From assembly GCA_044222185.1 (NCBI GenBank), contig JBGANV010000007.1:96001-160000 (forward strand): a stretch of DNA of 64,000 bases, written 5' to 3'. Source of the stretch: Planctomycetota bacterium (GTDB taxonomy: Bacteria > Planctomycetota > GCA-002687715 > CAIWVZ01). Numbering within the stretch: the stretch's first letter is position 1; each line of letters opens with the position of its first letter. The notes under the pieces were generated by a model. That model saw only the letters and a program-made list of their open reading frames with translations. It did not search any database and was not told the DNA's origin. The translations under genes were made by a program, and so were the position numbers. Below, piece by piece: positions 60,408 through 64,000 of the stretch.

Positions 60408-60613
60408 GGGATGGCTCGGCGGTCCGAGGCGCGGGGGTGCGCGTCGTCGGACCTTGCTTTTCATATCGGAAGCATCCGCCCGTGAGATGAGTCCGGCTCC
60501 CGTCGGGGGGAGATTCGCAAAGCGACGCGGCGACGGCTGCTTTCAGCCACGCGCGATCGATGACGCCTGTCGATGAGCCGCCTCTGACTACGCGAGGCGC
60601 GTGGAAGGTTCCG

Positions 60614-61666
60614 TCATTTTCGAAGCTTCGCAGGGCGTGCCGTTTTCACCATGAATCCCACGAGCTTGTAGAGGATTCGCGCCCCGACGTTGGCGTCCCA
60701 TTCGCCGTCCTGGCCCGGCGTGACCTCGCAGAGATCGAAGCCGACGATCGTTCGGCCAGACCGCACGACGGCATCGAGCAGGAACACCGCCTCCTGGAAC
60801 GAAAGCCCGCCGGGGACGGGCGTGCCCGTACTGGGGCAGAGCGTGGGATCGAGACCGTCGATGTCGAACGAGACGTAGACGAGCCGCGGCAATTCGCGAA
60901 CGATGCGTCGCACCACGGACGAGAACGCCTCGCCGCCGAAGCGGCTGTGCGCGACGTCGCGGTCGAAGAACGTCTTCACTCGGCTCGCCCGCGCGCGGAT
61001 GAACTCGAACTCCTGCTCGCAGAAGTCCCGAATGCCGACTTGGACGATGCGCTTGACGCCGTCGATCCGCTCGTGAACGTTGTGCATGATCGACGCGTGC
61101 GACCACGTGAAGCCTTCGTAGGCCACGCGCAGGTCCGCGTGAGCGTCGACGTGGAGGATGCCCATGCCTGGGTGACGTTCGGCGAACGCGCGGATGGCAC
61201 CGAACGGCACGGAGTGATCGCCGCCGACGACGCCGACGAGGCGGCCTTCGTCCAAGGCGCGCACGGTCTCTTCGTAGACGATCTCGTTGATCTGGTCGCC
61301 CGCCGCGTTGACGGCAGCGAGCGCTCGTCTCGCTGCAGCATCGTCGTCGACGACACCGCCCGTGGCGATGATCGTCTGTGCCGCCTTCTTCGCCGACTTG
61401 TTCAGGCGCGCGACCGCAGGCACGGCGTCGAGCATCACGATGCCCGCCTCGTACGGTTTGCCCGTGTCGACGTCCAACAGGTCGACCTGCGCACTCGCCG
61501 CCAGGATCGCCGCCGGGCCTCCGGCTGTGCCGCCGCCATAGGACGTCGTCGCCTCGAAGGGGACGGGGATCAGATGCACTCGGGCTTCGTCCTGCGTGAA
61601 GGGGAGGCCGAAGATGCCCGCACCTTCGGGTGCCGCCGCATTGGGATCGAACGGGCGCGTGGTCAT
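60614..61666 (-). CDS. speB: Agmatinase (arginase family)
   Basis: GGDHS, HVDAHADLR, SHAS, QVGIRD, SFDIDGLDP, TGTPVPGG. Confidence 0.9.
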   Translation of the reverse strand: MTTRPFDPNAAAPEGAGIFGLPFTQDEARVHLIPVPFEATTSYGGGTAGGPAAILAASAQVDLLDVDTGKPYEAGIVMLDAVPAVARLNKSAKKAAQTIIATGGVVDDDAAARRALAAVNAAGDQINEIVYEETVRALDEGRLVGVVGGDHSVPFGAIRAFAERHPGMGILHVDAHADLRVAYEGFTWSHASIMHNVHERIDGVKRIVQVGIRDFCEQEFEFIRARASRVKTFFDRDVAHSRFGGEAFSSVVRRIVRELPRLVYVSFDIDGLDPTLCPSTGTPVPGGLSFQEAVFLLDAVVRSGRTIVGFDLCEVTPGQDGEWDANVGARILYKLVGFMVKTARPAKLRK

Positions 61667-61747
61667 GGCGCGAGTGTTAGCGCCACCACTCCGCGGACCA
61701 AGTCGAGCCGATCCACCCGTCGCGCGCTCCTGTAGAATCCCGCCGCC

Positions 61748-62887
61748 GTGGTGAATCCAGCCGAAGCTTCCGTCCGCTCCGTGGCATTCCGCTCGCGCGC
61801 TCTCGACGTGTTTCGCGGGGGCACGATCGCCGCCATGACGCTCGTCAACAACCCGGGAAGCTGGAGCGCGGGCCATCAGTACGCACCGTTGACCCACGCC
61901 GAATGGCACGGGTGGACTCCGACGGATCTCGTGTTCCCGTTCTTCGTGTTCATCGTGGGCGTCGCCATGGCGTTCTCGCTGGCCCCGCGCGATGGAGCGA
62001 GCGGGTCGGCTGGTGTCGGCGCGAAGATCGCTCGGCGCGCGATCGTGATCTTCGCGCTCGGGTTGTGGCTCTCGTTCTTCCTCAAGTGGGACTTCACGAC
62101 GATCCGCATACCCGGCGTCCTTCAGCGGATCGCGCTCTGCTACCTCTGTGCGGCTCCGTTCGCGCTGCGCGCGTCGTCCCGTGTCGTCGCCCTGTCGGCG
62201 GCTGGATTGTTGGTCGCGCACACGCTCCTCCTCACGCTCGTCCCCGTGCCCGGCTTCGGCGAGGCGAGCCTCGAACCCGAGAGGAACCTGGGAGCGTGGA
62301 TCGACCGGCTGGTGTTTCATCGCCACCTGTACAAGGGGACGTGGGATCCCGAAGGTCTGCTCGGCACGCTCACGGGGACGGCCACGGCGCTCACGGGGTT
62401 GCTCGCGGGGCGATGGATCCGGTCGGGCGCGACGCTCGAGCGCAAGATGGGCGCGCTGTTCGTCACGGGAGTGATCGGGTTCGCCGCCGGCCTCGCTGCC
62501 GATCGTGTGATCCCCATCAACAAGCCGCTGTGGACCGGCAGCTACGTGCTGGTCACGAGCGGGCTCGCCGCGACTGCACTCGCGTTCACGATCGCACTTT
62601 GCGATTGGCGTCCCCTCCCGTCGTGGATGACCGAGCCATTCGTGGCATTCGGGCGCAATGCGATCCTCCTCTTCGTGCTCGAAGGGATGATCGGCCGGCT
62701 CCTTGGAACCCTGAAGGTGAGCGGCGCAAGCGGCCCCGTCACGATCAAGTCGTGGATCTACGGGCATTGGTTCACGCCGTTCGCGATTCCGATCAACGCA
62801 TCGCTTCTCTATGCGCTCGCGAACGTCGTGCTGTTTGGAGTCGTGGCGGTGACATTGCACCGGCGCCGGCTCTATCTGAAGGTCTGA
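61748..62887 (+). CDS. HGSNAT-like membrane acyltransferase (DUF1624/DUF5009)
   Basis: LDVFRG, LVNNPG, HAEWHGWTPTDLVFPFF, GVLQRI, DPEGLL, INKPLWT. Confidence 0.9.
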   Translation: MVNPAEASVRSVAFRSRALDVFRGGTIAAMTLVNNPGSWSAGHQYAPLTHAEWHGWTPTDLVFPFFVFIVGVAMAFSLAPRDGASGSAGVGAKIARRAIVIFALGLWLSFFLKWDFTTIRIPGVLQRIALCYLCAAPFALRASSRVVALSAAGLLVAHTLLLTLVPVPGFGEASLEPERNLGAWIDRLVFHRHLYKGTWDPEGLLGTLTGTATALTGLLAGRWIRSGATLERKMGALFVTGVIGFAAGLAADRVIPINKPLWTGSYVLVTSGLAATALAFTIALCDWRPLPSWMTEPFVAFGRNAILLFVLEGMIGRLLGTLKVSGASGPVTIKSWIYGHWFTPFAIPINASLLYALANVVLFGVVAVTLHRRRLYLKV

Positions 62888-62941
62888 GGGCCCGACGCAC
62901 GGGCCCACCGATCACGCGACGGCGCGGCGGATGCGGCGGGG

Positions 62942-62994
62942 TGAAAGACGACCGACCGCAGAGCAGTGCTTGCGCATCGGCCTGCGGTCGGTCG
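62942..62994 (-). terminator. Intrinsic terminator-like hairpin
   Basis: 13-bp perfect arms CGACCGACCGCAG (62949-62961) / CTGCGGTCGGTCG (62982-62994), followed by TCTTTC on the minus strand. Confidence 0.6.
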
Positions 62995-63069
62995 GTGCTG
63001 CCGGCAAGGGCGCGGCGGCAGTCATCTTCGATTGGGGGTCGGTCGGGAGCTTTCTTCCAAACCGGCCGC

Positions 63070-63099
63070 ATTCCACGGATTGCCCCCCAGGCAAGTCAA
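63070..63099 (-). promoter_or_regulatory. Sigma-70-like promoter with palindrome in the spacer
   Basis: TTGACT-N18-TGGAAT; TTGCC-N5-GGCAA palindrome at 63080-63094. Confidence 0.4.
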
Positions 63100-63242
63100 C
63101 GTCATTTCTGCGTTCGTGTCCGACTGCATCGGGATGCGACCGAGAGAGCGACGAGGCCGGCGAAATCGATCGTCCGCGGCAGGTTCGACGGCTGTTTGGG
63201 TTTTCGCGTTTTGGTCCGCGTTCGCGGCCGCCGTTCGGGGGA

Positions 63243-64000
63243 TCAGGCCCGATCGGGGTCGTACGGCGTCCCGCGGAGATCGCCGGGGTCGAACTCGCTG
63301 CCGGTGACGAGCGCCGCCGCGGTGAGCACGTCGGCGCCGGTATCCGTCACCAGGATCGTGTGTTCGAACTGGGCGGACAGACTTCCGTCAGCCGTCACGG
63401 CCGTCCACCGGTCCTTCATGAGTTTCGTCTTCCAACCTCCGGCGTTGATCATGGGTTCGACCGTGAACGTCATGCCGGGGCGCATCTTCGCTCCCGCACC
63501 ACGGGTGCCGTAATGCGGAACGTTGGGCGCGCAATGGAAGATCCGGTGGATTCCGTGACCGCAGTACTCCCGAACGACTGAGAATCCGAGCGGCTCGACG
63601 AACTCCTGGATCGCGGCCCCGATGTCTCCGATGTGCTTGCCGGGCCCGACTTCGGCCAATCCGCGATCGAGCGCCAGCCGAGTGGTCTCGACGAGCTTCC
63701 GCACCTCCGGCCGGACCTTCGTTCCGACGATGAACGTTGCCGAGGTGTCGCCATGGAAGCCATCCAGCTTGGGCGTGACGTCGAGGTTGACGATGTCCCC
63801 CTCACGCAGGACTTCCTTGGCGCTCGGGATGCCATGGCAGACCACCTCGTTGATGCTCGTGCACATGCTCTTCGGGAATCCGCGGTAGCCGAGCGGCGCG
63901 GAGATGCCACCGTGGTCGCGCGTCCATTTTTCCGCCACCTGGTTGATCTGGAGGGTGGAGATTCCGGGGCGCACCCACTTGCCGACGACCTGGAGAAGCG
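63243..64000 (-). CDS. map: Methionine aminopeptidase type I, 5' end outside the window
   Basis: GFPKSMCTSINEVVCHGIP, DIVNLDV, HGDTS, GHGI..FH, FTVEPMIN, SAQFEHT. Confidence 0.96.
   Translation of the reverse strand, partial: LLQVVGKWVRPGISTLQINQVAEKWTRDHGGISAPLGYRGFPKSMCTSINEVVCHGIPSAKEVLREGDIVNLDVTPKLDGFHGDTSATFIVGTKVRPEVRKLVETTRLALDRGLAEVGPGKHIGDIGAAIQEFVEPLGFSVVREYCGHGIHRIFHCAPNVPHYGTRGAGAKMRPGMTFTVEPMINAGGWKTKLMKDRWTAVTADGSLSAQFEHTILVTDTGADVLTAAALVTGSEFDPGDLRGTPYDPDRA

Noticed and set aside
61667-62908. 764-aa extended agmatinase ORF
   Set aside because: The upstream part is antisense to the HGSNAT-like gene; arginase-family sequence starts at ATG 61666.

Overview
High-GC (roughly 68-70% by eye) bacterial chromosomal window. 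Gene content and protein style suggest an uncultured Planctomycetota-like organism (inference). About 55 protein genes can be supported; no rRNA, tRNA, CRISPR array or mobile element was seen. Housekeeping genes include thiI, purE, a cyclophilin, an ABC-F ATPase, nnrE, speB, map and two sigma factors. Envelope and secretion genes include ArnT-like, an LPS kinase, a WbpB/D/E-like sugar pathway, AlgJ-like, a compact T2SS/T4P cluster, a PilV/W/X-like triad and a giant alpha-2-macroglobulin-like protein. The standout is a three-gene RiPP-type locus at 2280-4546 (-). It encodes a lipoprotein precursor made of eight KSCG-x-x repeats, a DUF692 multinuclear non-heme iron oxidase (MNIO) and a DUF2063-type partner, i.e. 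a candidate membrane-anchored, multiply modified metal-binding peptide. Other leads: a stand-alone HisKA-like micro-protein facing an HTH-receiver regulator, a thioester-less A2M with a long extra C-terminal region, a degenerate GT2 coupled inside the T2SS operon, a candidate sRNA, and recurrent leaderless-type promoters. All calls are from motif recognition by eye; no database searches were run.
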